Positions 8,701-17,273 are shown, counted from the stretch's first letter. The stretch is DNA of 64,000 bases from Pseudolabrys sp. (GCA_017849615.1 JAFIGS010000014.1:147740-211739), one strand, 5' to 3'. Notes: generated by a model not told the origin, from the sequence alone. Numbers and translations: made by a program.

Positions 8701-8800
8701 CGCGGACGGCCGCTGTCAGCAGCCGGGCGGCAATAGTCTCGTCGGGCGGGGCAAACCCGGCGCGAAACGGTGGAAGGACGGAAGCAGGCTGGGCTGGCAT
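5711..8800 (-). CDS. putA: bifunctional proline dehydrogenase / L-glutamate-gamma-semialdehyde dehydrogenase
   Basis: 1029-aa ORF. The N-terminal half is PRODH-like. The C-terminal half is an aldehyde dehydrogenase (FTGSTDVARLINRAL, IAETGGINAMIVD, catalytic Cys in RSAGQRCSALRLL). The length fits the short PutA class without an N-terminal DNA-binding domain. A divergent Lrp-type regulator is adjacent. Confidence 0.95.
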   Translation of the reverse strand: MPAQPASVLPPFRAGFAPPDETIAARLLTAAVRDSAAETRIDVQATRLIEAIRARVGGLGGVEDFLHAYALSTKEGLALMVLAEALLRIPDGATADRLIEDKLRGGDWNQGDRKSGTLLVSASAWALATTARVIAPGETPEGIVDTLVKRLGLPAVRTATRQAMKLLGSHFVLGQTIEAALDRAGEARQFLYSFDMLGEGARTAEDARRYFDSYAKAIDAIGKSAGNAALPRRPGISVKLSALHPRYEALSHERVMAELPPLLLALARQAKGYDLNFTVDAEEADRLELSLDVIEATLRDPSLVGWDGFGLAIQAYQKRAPEVIDWIATLAERLDRRLMVRLVKGAYWDTEIKRAQERGLADYPVFTRKAMTDLSYGECARKLLALRPRIYPQFATHNALTIAGVLEDAGGSEGFEFQRLHGMGDALYGALLAENPQLACRTYAPVGGYADLLAYLVRRLLENGANSSFVSVAADPDVPVTEILKRPQAWIADPARARHSHIPLPRDLFAPERTNSAGVEFGHAASLAALRAEVAKAPASVDAAPLIDGVAIKGTNRDVKSPIDGATIGRVTECDEAAVTSMMRAAQHGFAAWNATALETRAAALDRAADLIEARRGRLIALLQSEGGKTLDDCMSEVREAADFCRYYAARALSDFVPKTLPGPTGESNQLRHRGRGVFICISPWNFPLAIFTGQVAAALVAGNAVVAKPAEQTPLIAFETVKLLHEAGVPAAALHLAPGDGKVGALLTAHPAVAGVAFTGSTDVARLINRALAAKDGPIVPLIAETGGINAMIVDATALPEQVTDDVVMSAFRSAGQRCSALRLLCVQDDVADKVLEMIEGAARELKLGDPRDLSTHVGPVIDDEAKGRLERWIAGMAARGALRFQGEDGPADGTFVAPAIVELAGARDLAEEVFGPVLHVVRWRAGELDALLAAIAGTGYGLTLGVHSRIDAMIDKVAARLANGNVYINRNMIGAVVGSQPFGGNGLSGTGPKAGGPNYLARFALEQVVTVNTAASGGNATLLAEGE

Positions 8801-8905
8801 GGTAGGGGGCCTTATTTTTCCGATCCATAATTCAGCTTTAATAGTGATACCATCTGCCTTTTTGGCTAGTGTTTAGTTAGATTCACCAAATATGAGCCCT
8901 AAACA
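8801..8905. promoter_or_regulatory. divergent putA-putR control region
   Basis: 105-bp intergenic region that is conspicuously AT-rich relative to its flanks (TTATTTTTCCGATCCATAATTCAGCTTTAATAGTGATACCATCTGCCTTTTTGGCTAGTGTTTAGTTAGATT). It should hold both promoters and Lrp-type sites. Individual sites were not resolved. Confidence 0.5.
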
Positions 8906-9370
8906 GTGATTTCAGAAATCGATAAAACAGACCGCCGCCTGCTCGCCGAACTGCAACGCGACGGCCGCATCGCAGTCGTCGCATTGGCGGAGAAACTCGG
9001 TCTGTCGCCGACCGCAACGACCGAACGGCTGCGCCGGCTCACCCGCGACGGCTACATCCTCGGCTACTCCGCGCGGCTGAACCCCGAGAAACTCGACCGC
9101 GGTCTCCTGGTCTTCATCGAGGTCAAGCTCGACCGCACGACGCCGGATGTGTTCGGTCGCTTTGCCCAGGCGGTCGCCCGCGCGCCTGAAGTCCTCGAAT
9201 GCCATATGGTCGCCGGCGGCTTTGATTACCTGGTCAAGACCCGCGTCGCCGACATGCACGCCTACCGCCGTTTCCTCGGCGAGGTTCTGCTGGCGTTACC
9301 GGGCGTCCGCGAGACCCATACTTACGCGGTGATGGAAGAGATCAAGAGCTCCGCCGCACTGCCGATCTGA
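8906..9370 (+). CDS. putR: Lrp/AsnC-family transcriptional regulator, probable proline-utilisation activator
   Basis: 154-aa ORF with a GTG start. HTH region is DRRLLAELQRDGRIAVVALAEKLGLSPTATTERLRRL. The C-terminal half is an AsnC-type ligand-binding domain. It lies divergent to putA, as in other alphaproteobacteria. Confidence 0.8.
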   Translation: MISEIDKTDRRLLAELQRDGRIAVVALAEKLGLSPTATTERLRRLTRDGYILGYSARLNPEKLDRGLLVFIEVKLDRTTPDVFGRFAQAVARAPEVLECHMVAGGFDYLVKTRVADMHAYRRFLGEVLLALPGVRETHTYAVMEEIKSSAALPI

Positions 9371-9525
9371 GCGCGACGCGGGTGTAACTTCGTCGCAGGC
9401 GGCAAAACGCCCGGCCTGCGCCTTGCTCTTTGCTACGGCATGCTCTTTGCTAGGCAGTGCTGCAGAAAACTGGCCGCGAACGCATCGCCGGGTGCGCGGG
9501 CCGTCACCAAAGAGGATGCTTCTCC

Positions 9526-10590
9526 ATGCGCGCTTTCGTCGCCGGCCGGCCGGCAAACGTCCCGAACTTGGCCAAACTGGCGGGCAGCGTCATGGTCGCC
9601 GCCGGGCTGACGGTCGGCGCCGGATCGATACCGGCCGCTGCGCAGGAAACCATCATCAAATTCAGCCTGGACTTCAAATACGAAGGACCGTCGGCGCCGT
9701 TCCTGGTGCCGCTCGACAAGGGCTACTACAAGGCCGAAGGCCTCAACGTAACCATCGACAGCGCATCGGGCTCGCTGGAGCCGATCACGCGCGTCGCGTC
9801 CGGCACCTATGACATGGGCTTCGGCGACATCAACTCGCTGATCAAATTCAGGGACGCCAATCCGGGCACGCCGATCAAGGCCGTGTTCATGGTCTACAAC
9901 AAGCCGCCCTTCGCCGTCGTCGGCCGGAAGAGCCGCGGCGTGTCCAAGCCGAAGGATCTCGAAGGCAAGAAACTCGGCGCCCCGGCCCCGGATGGCGCCT
10001 ACGCGCAATGGCCGATCTTCGTCGAAGCGAACGGCATCGATGCCTCAAAAGTGACCATCGAGAATGTCGGCTTCCCGGTACGCGAGCCGATGCTGGCGGC
10101 CGGCCAGGTCGACGCCATTACCGGCTTCTCGTTCTCGTCCTTCATCAACCTCAAGGACCGCGGCGTCGCGGTTGACGACATCACCGTGCTTCTGATGGCC
10201 GACCACGGCGTCAACCTTTACGGCAACGCCATTATCGTCAATCCGAAGTTCGCCGCCGACAATCCGAAGGCGGTGCAAGGCTTCCTCAAGGCTTTCGTCA
10301 AAGGCCTGAAGGATACCGTCAAGGATCCATCCAGCGCGGTCGACTCGGTGCTTAAGCGCAACGACGTCGCCAAGAAGCCGACCGAACTCGAGCGTCTCAA
10401 CATGGCGCTCAAGGACAACATCGTCACCGCCGAGACCAAAGCCAACGGTTACGGCGGCGTCGACGCGGCGCGCTTTGCCAAGGCGGTCGATCAGATCGGC
10501 CTGACCTACAAGTGGAAGGGCACGAAGCCGACGATAGCCGACATCTTCGATGCCTCTTACCTGCCGCCGGAGGCGGACCGCAAGTTCTGA
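9526..10590 (+). CDS. ABC transporter substrate-binding protein, NitT/TauT (NMT1/SsuA-like) family
   Basis: ORF 9457..10590 trimmed to ATG 9526 (AGAGGA upstream). Signal peptide ends in ..PAAAQE. It is followed by the matching ATPase and permease genes. Confidence 0.75.
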   Translation: MRAFVAGRPANVPNLAKLAGSVMVAAGLTVGAGSIPAAAQETIIKFSLDFKYEGPSAPFLVPLDKGYYKAEGLNVTIDSASGSLEPITRVASGTYDMGFGDINSLIKFRDANPGTPIKAVFMVYNKPPFAVVGRKSRGVSKPKDLEGKKLGAPAPDGAYAQWPIFVEANGIDASKVTIENVGFPVREPMLAAGQVDAITGFSFSSFINLKDRGVAVDDITVLLMADHGVNLYGNAIIVNPKFAADNPKAVQGFLKAFVKGLKDTVKDPSSAVDSVLKRNDVAKKPTELERLNMALKDNIVTAETKANGYGGVDAARFAKAVDQIGLTYKWKGTKPTIADIFDASYLPPEADRKF

Positions 10591-10603
10591 CGGGATTGCG
10601 GCC

Positions 10604-11383
10604 ATGTCCGCTTTCGTCTCGCTGCGCAATGTAAACCACGCCTACGGCGCGGGCACAGCGCTCGCCGTCGAAGACCTGTCGATCGAGGTCGGCGAAGGCG
10701 AGTTCGCTGCCGTCGTGGGCCCCTCCGGCTGCGGCAAGTCCACGTTGATGAAGCTGGCGACCGGTCTTCAGTTCCCGCAAAGCGGGACGGTGACCGTCGC
10801 TGGCGAGCGCGTTTCCAAGCCCGTGAAGATAGCGGGCATGGCGTTCCAGGCGCCGACTTTGCTGCCCTGGCGCTCGACGCTGGAAAACCTGCTGCTGCCG
10901 CTCGAAATCGTCGAGCCGCATCGCAGCGAGATGCGGCGGCGCAAGGTCGAGTTCGCGGCGCGCGCCAAGAACCTCCTTGCCTCGGTCGGCCTGCGCGATC
11001 AGGGCGACAAATTTCCCTGGGAGCTGTCAGGCGGCATGCAGCAGCGTGCCTCGCTGTGCCGGGCGCTGATCCACGAGCCGAAGCTGCTGATGCTCGACGA
11101 GCCGTTCGGCGCCCTCGATGCCTTCACCCGCGAAGAGCTATGGTGCGTCATCCGCGACCTGCAGGCCGCGCGTAAGATCACCGTCATTCTGGTGACGCAT
11201 GACCTGCGCGAAGCGGTGTTTCTTGCCGACCGTGTCTTCGTGATGTCGTCGCGGCCCGGCCGCGTTATCGTCGAGCGCAAGATCGAACTGCCGCGGCCGC
11301 GCGATCTGGAAGTGACCTTCAGCCCGGAGTTCCAGGACATCGTCCACGAATTGCGGGCCCACATCGTCAAGGCGCGCCAATGA
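10604..11383 (+). CDS. ABC transporter ATP-binding protein, NitT/TauT family
   Basis: ORF trimmed to ATG 10604. Walker A GPSGCGKST, signature LSGGMQQR, Walker B LLMLDEPFGALD. Confidence 0.9.
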   Translation: MSAFVSLRNVNHAYGAGTALAVEDLSIEVGEGEFAAVVGPSGCGKSTLMKLATGLQFPQSGTVTVAGERVSKPVKIAGMAFQAPTLLPWRSTLENLLLPLEIVEPHRSEMRRRKVEFAARAKNLLASVGLRDQGDKFPWELSGGMQQRASLCRALIHEPKLLMLDEPFGALDAFTREELWCVIRDLQAARKITVILVTHDLREAVFLADRVFVMSSRPGRVIVERKIELPRPRDLEVTFSPEFQDIVHELRAHIVKARQ

Positions 11384-11401
11384 GTGCCTGCATTCACACG
11401 C

Positions 11402-11509
11402 CGTCATTCCGGCACACGCGCAATAGCGCGTGGACCCGGAATCCGGAAACGGACTCCGAATGCACTGGTGGATTCCGGGCTCGCGCTTGCAGCGCGCCCC
11501 GGAATGACG
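11402..11509. repeat. nested-palindromic REP/MITE-like element, family 1, copy A
   Basis: CGTCATTCCGGCAC...CCCGGAATCC...GGATTCCGGGC...GCGCCCCGGAATGACG, with outer and inner inverted repeats. Three further copies lie at 20932, 26135 and 47370. This copy sits between the ATPase stop (11383) and the permease ATG (11520). Confidence 0.85.
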
Positions 11510-11519
11510 GGGCGCGGCA

Positions 11520-12299
11520 ATGACGATGAACCGCACCAATCTCCTCATCAAGGCCTCGCCCTGGCTGTTCACCATCGCGCTGTTCGTGATCTGGGAAGCC
11601 GCGGTGTGGATCTTCAGGATCCCGACCTTCTTTCTGCCGCCGCCGAGCGCGATCGCAATGGCCTTCTGCGAATTCTCCGGGCCGATCGCACGCAATTCAT
11701 GGATCACGCTGCAAACCACCATGATCGGCTTCGGTCTCGCCGTGGGCTTCGGCTTGTTGCTCGGCCTGCTGGTCGGCTGGTCGCGCGCGATCTATGCCGG
11801 GCTTTATCCGCTGATGATCGGCTTCAACGCCATCCCGAAAGTGGCGCTGGTGCCGATCCTGGTGCTGTGGTTCGGCATCGGCTTCATTCCCGCGGTGCTC
11901 ACCGCGTTCCTGATCTCGTTCTTCCCGATCGTGGTCAATGTCGCGACCGGCCTTGCCACCATCGAGCCCGAACTCGAGGACGTGCTCAAGGCGCTTGGCG
12001 CTTCCAAGCTCGACATCATGCGCAAGGTCGGCATTCCGCGTACGCTCCCTTACTTCTTCGGCTCGCTGAAGGTGGCGATCACTTTGGCCTTCGTCGGCTC
12101 GGTGATCTCGGAAAGCGTCGCCTCGAACTACGGCATCGGCAACCTGATGCTGCAGGCGCAGGCGCAATTCCAGGTGCCGCTGATCTTCGCCGGCCTTGTC
12201 GTGCTGGCGATCGAGGGCATCGCGATGTACGCGGTGATGGCGCTGCTGGAGAAACGCATGACCGGCTGGGCGCAGCGCTCCGGATTCGGTCAGAACTAA
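11520..12299 (+). CDS. ABC transporter permease, NitT/TauT family
   Basis: 259-aa ORF with 6 hydrophobic segments and the conserved loop ALGASKLDIMRKVGIPRTLPYFFGSLK. Confidence 0.9.
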   Translation: MTMNRTNLLIKASPWLFTIALFVIWEAAVWIFRIPTFFLPPPSAIAMAFCEFSGPIARNSWITLQTTMIGFGLAVGFGLLLGLLVGWSRAIYAGLYPLMIGFNAIPKVALVPILVLWFGIGFIPAVLTAFLISFFPIVVNVATGLATIEPELEDVLKALGASKLDIMRKVGIPRTLPYFFGSLKVAITLAFVGSVISESVASNYGIGNLMLQAQAQFQVPLIFAGLVVLAIEGIAMYAVMALLEKRMTGWAQRSGFGQN

Positions 12300-12365
12300 C
12301 CGCTAAATGAAGAACAGCGGATGCAACGATCCGCTGGTGCATTCAATACCGCAAGCTAATGTCGT

Positions 12366-13277
12366 TCAGGCAGCCGTGTTCTTGCCGTCCAAGAGCCCGG
12401 CCACACCCAAGGGCATGGCCGGCAGGCGTCTGCTCATCGCGGCTGCAATCCCGTCGGCCAATTGTTCGTAAATCTCGCGCGGCCCGCCCTCACGAACATA
12501 GATGCCCCCATAAGCGTGATTGAGCGCTGGCAGAGGCAGGTCGTCGCCGATGACCATGCCGCCGTCGATGGCACGCCTGCGGGTAATCGGCATCACTCCA
12601 AGGCCGGCGGCGATGGCGCCGGACAAACTCGCCATGATCGGCCCGGTGAACACCTCTTCCCACTCGAGCCCCGCCGCCCGCAGCGCACTGACCGCAGCGC
12701 GGTGATAAACGCTGGGCTCCCCGTTGGACACCAGCGGAACCGGCTCGCCGGGCTCCAGCCTCAAGTTGGTGCCGCGCACCCAGACCAGAGGGGCCGTCCA
12801 TACCTCATGGGCATCGCGTGGCTCCCCGATCGACAGGCCGACGAACACGTCGATCTCGCCATCTCGCAACTGCCGCATCAGCGGTTCGCTGAAACCGGCG
12901 CTGACGTTGAAACGCACCGCCGAGTATTGCGCCCGGAACCGGGCCAGAATGCCCGGCAACAGCGTCATGGCGTAGTCGCTCGAGGTGCCGATGCGAATGA
13001 CGAGTTCCGGCCGCCGCCCGCCGCCGAGATGCACAATCTGATCGTTGATGGACAATAATCGCCGCGCATAGCTGACGACCACTTCCCCGTGCGGTGTCAG
13101 GCTAACGCCCTGGACGGTGCGATCAAAAATCTCGTCGCCAAGCAGCGATTGCAGACGCTTGATCTGTGCGCTGACCGCCGGCTGGGTAACACCCAACGAG
13201 TTGGCAGCCTTGGTAAAACTACGATTATCGACCACCGCCACGAACGTGCGCAGCAAATCGGTCGGTATGTTCGTCAT
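12366..13277 (-). CDS. LysR-family transcriptional regulator
   Basis: 303-aa ORF. N-terminal HTH is LRTFVAVVDNRSFTKAANSLGVTQPAVSAQIKRLQ. The C-terminal half is a LysR substrate-binding fold. Confidence 0.9.
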   Translation of the reverse strand: MTNIPTDLLRTFVAVVDNRSFTKAANSLGVTQPAVSAQIKRLQSLLGDEIFDRTVQGVSLTPHGEVVVSYARRLLSINDQIVHLGGGRRPELVIRIGTSSDYAMTLLPGILARFRAQYSAVRFNVSAGFSEPLMRQLRDGEIDVFVGLSIGEPRDAHEVWTAPLVWVRGTNLRLEPGEPVPLVSNGEPSVYHRAAVSALRAAGLEWEEVFTGPIMASLSGAIAAGLGVMPITRRRAIDGGMVIGDDLPLPALNHAYGGIYVREGGPREIYEQLADGIAAAMSRRLPAMPLGVAGLLDGKNTAA

Positions 13278-13485
13278 GGCGCTGCCCCCTTAGCCACCGC
13301 GACACAATCGAACCGCTCCGGTTCCAGATAAATCTAGCATAACTGGTATACGGATCAATTTCTCGCGTAAAACTAGTTCTGACAAAGTTGCGATGCGGAG
13401 CAGCTACGATGGTAGGCATGCACCGCATTCGTAAGACTCTGCCAGCTTTGCGCCGATTGCTAGGGGCGTTCGACGCAAAGGGGCA

Positions 13486-14652
13486 TCATTTAATACGCTC
13501 CAGAATGCTAATGTAGTTTGCGACCGCCGCTCCGCCCATGTTGAAGATGCCGCCGATTTCAGCATCGCGTACCTGGATGTCGCCGGCGGTTCCCATCAGT
13601 TGCATGGCGGTAAGCGCGTGCATCGACACGCCGGTGGCGCCGATCGGGTGCCCCTTGGCCTTGAGCCCGCCCGACGGATTGACCGGCAATTTGCCGTCTT
13701 TCTCGGTCCAGCCCTCCAGAACAGCGCGTGCGCCCTGGCCCTCGGGCGTCAGGCCCATGGCCTCGTATTCGATAAGTTCCGCAATGGTGAAACAGTCGTG
13801 GGTCTCGACAAAGGACAGATCGTCCAGCGTCAGACCGGATTTGGCCAGCGCGCGCTGCCAGCCCAGCGCGCAACCCTCGAATTTGAGGATGTCGCGCTTA
13901 GCCATTGGCAGGAAATCCTGAACATGCTCGGCGGCGCGGAACGCGACCGCCTTGCCGAGTTTCAGGGCGGTTTCGATATCGGCCAGAACCACAGCGGCGG
14001 CGCCGTCGGACACCAGCGAGCAATCGGTGCGCTTCAGCGGACCGGCGACATACGGATTCTTCTCACTTTCGGTGCGGCAGAAGTCGTAACCGAGATCCTT
14101 GCGCATCTGCGCATAGGGATTGCCCACGCCGTTTTTGTGGTTCTTGGCCGCGATCATCGCGAGCGCATCGGACTGGTCGCCGTATTTCTGGAAGTAAAGA
14201 CTCGCGATCTTGCCGAAAACGCCGGCGAATCCGCCTTCGATTTCGGCCTCGTCCCGCACATAAGACGCTTTCAGGAGGTTCTTGCCGATTTCCGCGGGCG
14301 GCGTGGTCGTCATCTGTTCGACACCGACCGCGAGCACCACCCGCGCCGATTTGGCTTCGATCGCCTTGATGCCCTGATGCACCGCCGCCGATCCGGTGGC
14401 GCAGGCATTCTCGACGCGCAGCGCGCGCTTGAAGCGCAGGTCGTCCGACGCCTGCAGCACCAGCGAAGCGGTAAAATCCTGGGCGGAAAAACCGGCATTG
14501 AAATGCCCCAGCACGATCTCATCGACATCGCCCGGCTCGATACCGGCATCGGCCAGAGCGTCGGTCGCGACCTTGACGATCAGGCTTTCGACCGTCTCGC
14601 CCGACAGTTTGCCGAAGGGACTATGGGCCCAGCCCACGATTGCCGCCGTCAT
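13486..14652 (-). CDS. thiolase-family acetyl-CoA C-acyltransferase (SCP-x-like)
   Basis: 388-aa ORF. Active-site Cys context is VENACATGSAAV. C-terminal region contains GHPIGATG and NMGGAAVA. Confidence 0.8.
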   Translation of the reverse strand: MTAAIVGWAHSPFGKLSGETVESLIVKVATDALADAGIEPGDVDEIVLGHFNAGFSAQDFTASLVLQASDDLRFKRALRVENACATGSAAVHQGIKAIEAKSARVVLAVGVEQMTTTPPAEIGKNLLKASYVRDEAEIEGGFAGVFGKIASLYFQKYGDQSDALAMIAAKNHKNGVGNPYAQMRKDLGYDFCRTESEKNPYVAGPLKRTDCSLVSDGAAAVVLADIETALKLGKAVAFRAAEHVQDFLPMAKRDILKFEGCALGWQRALAKSGLTLDDLSFVETHDCFTIAELIEYEAMGLTPEGQGARAVLEGWTEKDGKLPVNPSGGLKAKGHPIGATGVSMHALTAMQLMGTAGDIQVRDAEIGGIFNMGGAAVANYISILERIK

Positions 14653-14901
14653 TGCCTTCTCCCGGAATTGGTTGGCCGCATGGAGTTACCCGGCCGGGCC
14701 ACCCCAATGAGGCTGCCGCCGAATTTTGGTCGCATTAACCGGCAATGGAAAGCCGTTAGGTGATTGACCATAAGAGCAATTGCAGGCTCGGCCGGCTTTG
14801 CCTCGCGTCACCGGCTTAGATAGCCTAGAAACACAGTTCGCGGAACCTGCGATTCCTTCGGGTTCCATACTCGGCCAACCCTGCCCGACCGGATTGCAAC
14901 C

Positions 14902-16149
14902 GTGCCCTTTTCAAGCCTCCGCCACCTCGCTCTCCCGGTGCTCGCTGCGGCTGCGCTCGCGACTGCGGGGCCAGGCCGCGCACACGCCGAGGCGCTGCTG
15001 CTGATCGAAGCCTCGACCGGCAAGGTGCTGCACGCCGAAAACGCGACTTACCCCTGGTACCCGGCATCGGTCACCAAGCTGATGACCCTTTACACCACGC
15101 TCAAGGCCATCAGGGACAGGAAGATCGGTTACGACACGCTGCTGACCGTTTCGAAGAATGCGGTCGCGCAGCAACCAACCAAGATGGGCTTCAAGCTCGG
15201 AACCACCGTCACGGTCGATAACGCGCTCAAGATGCTGATGGTGAAATCGGCCAACGATGTCGCCGTCACCATCGCCGAGGGCGTCGGTGGCTCGCTCGAG
15301 GGCTTCGCCGACATGATGAACGCCAATGCGCGCCGTCTCGGCATGACGCAATCGCACTTCATCAACCCCAATGGCCTGCCGGCGGAGAACCACGTGTCGT
15401 CGGCTCGCGATCTTGCCCTGCTCGCCCGCGCCCTGATCACCGACTTCCCGCAGGACGACGCCTATCTGCATGTGCATGCGATCCGTTACGGCAATCGCGT
15501 CATGCGCAACTATAACGGCCTGCTCGACCGCTATCCCGGCGCCGACGGCATGAAGACCGGCTTCATCTGCGCCTCCGGTTACAATCTCGTCGCCTCGGCT
15601 ACCCGCAACGGCCGCCGCCTCATCGCCGTCGTGCTCGGCTCCTATTCGGGCGCCACGCGCGCGCAGAAGGCGGCTCAGCTTCTCGAACGCGGCTTCGACG
15701 GCGGCGGACTGTCCTGGCTGACGCCGCAGCTTGGCACCGTCGAGAAACTGGCTCCGGTCGATGCTGCGCCGCCCAACCTGCGCGACGAGATGTGCGGGGG
15801 CCACCGCCGAAAGCCGCCGTCCGAAGACAATCAGGAAGAGGAAGTCGAGAACGTCGACGCCTCGGCCACGCCCGGGGGCGGCCAGGCCTTCATGCTGTCG
15901 AACCTGAAGCAGGCCAGCGGCAAGTATGTGCTCGGCCCGCCGGTCGAAACCGTGCCGCCGGTCGCCGTGTTCACCGGTCCGGCCAATGCGCCCGATCCCG
16001 TGGTCGCAACGAGCGGCCCCGCCAAAAAGAAAAAGAAGGTCGCCTCCAAGCAGAACGGCGAAAGCGCATCGGGAGACAAGCCCAAGAACACCGGCACCAG
16101 CGCGGCGAAGAAGCCGGCCAAGCCGAAAGTGTCGTCGGCCGCGCAATGA
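14902..16149 (+). CDS. D-alanyl-D-alanine carboxypeptidase (serine peptidase S11, PBP5/6-like) with Lys/Pro-rich tail
   Basis: 415-aa ORF with a GTG start and a signal peptide ending AHAEA. SxxK motif ASVTK, SxN motif SAND, KTG motif MKTGF. The C-terminal tail is PAKKKKKVASK...AKKPAKPK. Confidence 0.85.
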   Translation: MPFSSLRHLALPVLAAAALATAGPGRAHAEALLLIEASTGKVLHAENATYPWYPASVTKLMTLYTTLKAIRDRKIGYDTLLTVSKNAVAQQPTKMGFKLGTTVTVDNALKMLMVKSANDVAVTIAEGVGGSLEGFADMMNANARRLGMTQSHFINPNGLPAENHVSSARDLALLARALITDFPQDDAYLHVHAIRYGNRVMRNYNGLLDRYPGADGMKTGFICASGYNLVASATRNGRRLIAVVLGSYSGATRAQKAAQLLERGFDGGGLSWLTPQLGTVEKLAPVDAAPPNLRDEMCGGHRRKPPSEDNQEEEVENVDASATPGGGQAFMLSNLKQASGKYVLGPPVETVPPVAVFTGPANAPDPVVATSGPAKKKKKVASKQNGESASGDKPKNTGTSAAKKPAKPKVSSAAQ

Positions 16150-17273
16150 CCGGAACCGAACAGGCGGCGACCCGGCGCACGCCGCCCGAGCCGATCCCGC
16201 TGTCGCTGCTGACCGGCTTTCTCGGCGCCGGCAAGACCACCTTGCTGAACCGCCTTCTCCAGGATCCGGCGCTCGCCGGCACCGCCGTCATCATCAACGA
16301 ATTCGGCGAAGTCGGTCTCGACCATTTGCTGGTCGACTACATCGACGACAACACCGTGTTGCTGCAATCGGGCTGCCTGTGCTGCACCATGCGCGGCGAT
16401 CTCGTCGACGCGCTGGAGAAGCTGTTGCGCGATCTCGACAATGGCCGCGCCAAATTCTCGCGCGTGTTGCTCGAGACGACCGGCCTCGCCGATCCGGCGC
16501 CGGTGCTGCACACCGCGATGGTGCATCCTTATCTCGTCAAGCGGTTCCGGCTCGACGGCGTCATCACCGTGGTCGACGCCGTCAATGGCGAACGCACCCT
16601 CAACGAACATGACGAGGCCGTGAAACAGGCGGCGGTCGCCGACCGCATCGTGCTGTCGAAAACCGACATCGCCGAACCGTCCGCGACGCAAGCGCTGCTC
16701 GCGCGGCTGGAGGCGCTCAACCCGGCGGCCGCGATCCTCGACGCTGCGCGGGGCGAGGCCACCGCCGATAAGCTGCTCAATTGCGGTCTCTATGACCCAT
16801 CACGGAAAATCCCGGACGTTGGCAAGTGGCTGGCCGCCGAAGCCTACGAGGCCGGCCATCATCACCACCACGGCCACCACCATCACGACATCAACCGGCA
16901 CGACGAACACATCGGCTCCTTTGTGCTGCGCACCGACAAGGCGATCCCGGCCGGAACGCTGGACATGTTCTTCGAGCTGCTGCTCGCGACCCACGGCGCG
17001 CAACTCCTGCGGATGAAGGGCATCGTCAAGGTTGCCGAGCATCCCGAGACCCCCCTGGTCGTCCACGGGGTGCAGCATGTGCTGCACCCGCCGGCCCGGC
17101 TGCCGAGCTGGCCGGACGACGACCACACGACCCGGCTCGTGTTCATCACCCGCGATCTACCGCAGCGCACAGTGAGCGATCTGTTCGACGCCTTTGTCGG
17201 CGTCGCCAAACCGGACCAGCCGGACCGCGCCGCCCTGACCGACAATCCGCTGGTGCCGTTCGGCGGGCGGTAA
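16146..17273 (+). CDS. COG0523 (CobW/ZigA/YeiR-like) G3E GTPase with His-rich insert
   Basis: ORF 15792..17273 trimmed to ATG 16146, which overlaps the upstream stop (ATGA). P-loop GFLGAGKTTLLN, metal motif GCLCCT, His-rich stretch EAGHHHHHGHHHHDINRHDEH. Confidence 0.85.
   Translation: MTGTEQAATRRTPPEPIPLSLLTGFLGAGKTTLLNRLLQDPALAGTAVIINEFGEVGLDHLLVDYIDDNTVLLQSGCLCCTMRGDLVDALEKLLRDLDNGRAKFSRVLLETTGLADPAPVLHTAMVHPYLVKRFRLDGVITVVDAVNGERTLNEHDEAVKQAAVADRIVLSKTDIAEPSATQALLARLEALNPAAAILDAARGEATADKLLNCGLYDPSRKIPDVGKWLAAEAYEAGHHHHHGHHHHDINRHDEHIGSFVLRTDKAIPAGTLDMFFELLLATHGAQLLRMKGIVKVAEHPETPLVVHGVQHVLHPPARLPSWPDDDHTTRLVFITRDLPQRTVSDLFDAFVGVAKPDQPDRAALTDNPLVPFGGR

Noticed and set aside
9371-9525. A TPP or other riboswitch in the 5' region of the NMT1/THI5-like binding-protein gene.
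   Set aside because: No CTGAGA / ACCTGATCTGGATAATGCCAGCG-like TPP core, and no other riboswitch signature I know, is present. The region only contains a weak 7-bp hairpin (9394-9420).
11384-12310. ORFs that read through the repeat elements. Examples are 11384..12310(+), 20753..21079(-), 20809..21066(-), 26231..26536(+), 47230..47484(+) and 37280..37528(+).
   Set aside because: They start inside or are largely composed of palindromic repeat sequence. They overlap well-supported genes or have no SD. Repeat-derived pseudo-peptides are a known annotation artefact.
12315-12336. The hairpin CAGCGGAT-GCAACG-ATCCGCTG between the convergent permease and LysR genes as an intrinsic terminator.
   Set aside because: The 8-bp stem is real, but there is no T- or A-tract on either side. 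At best it is a weak RNA 3' structure.
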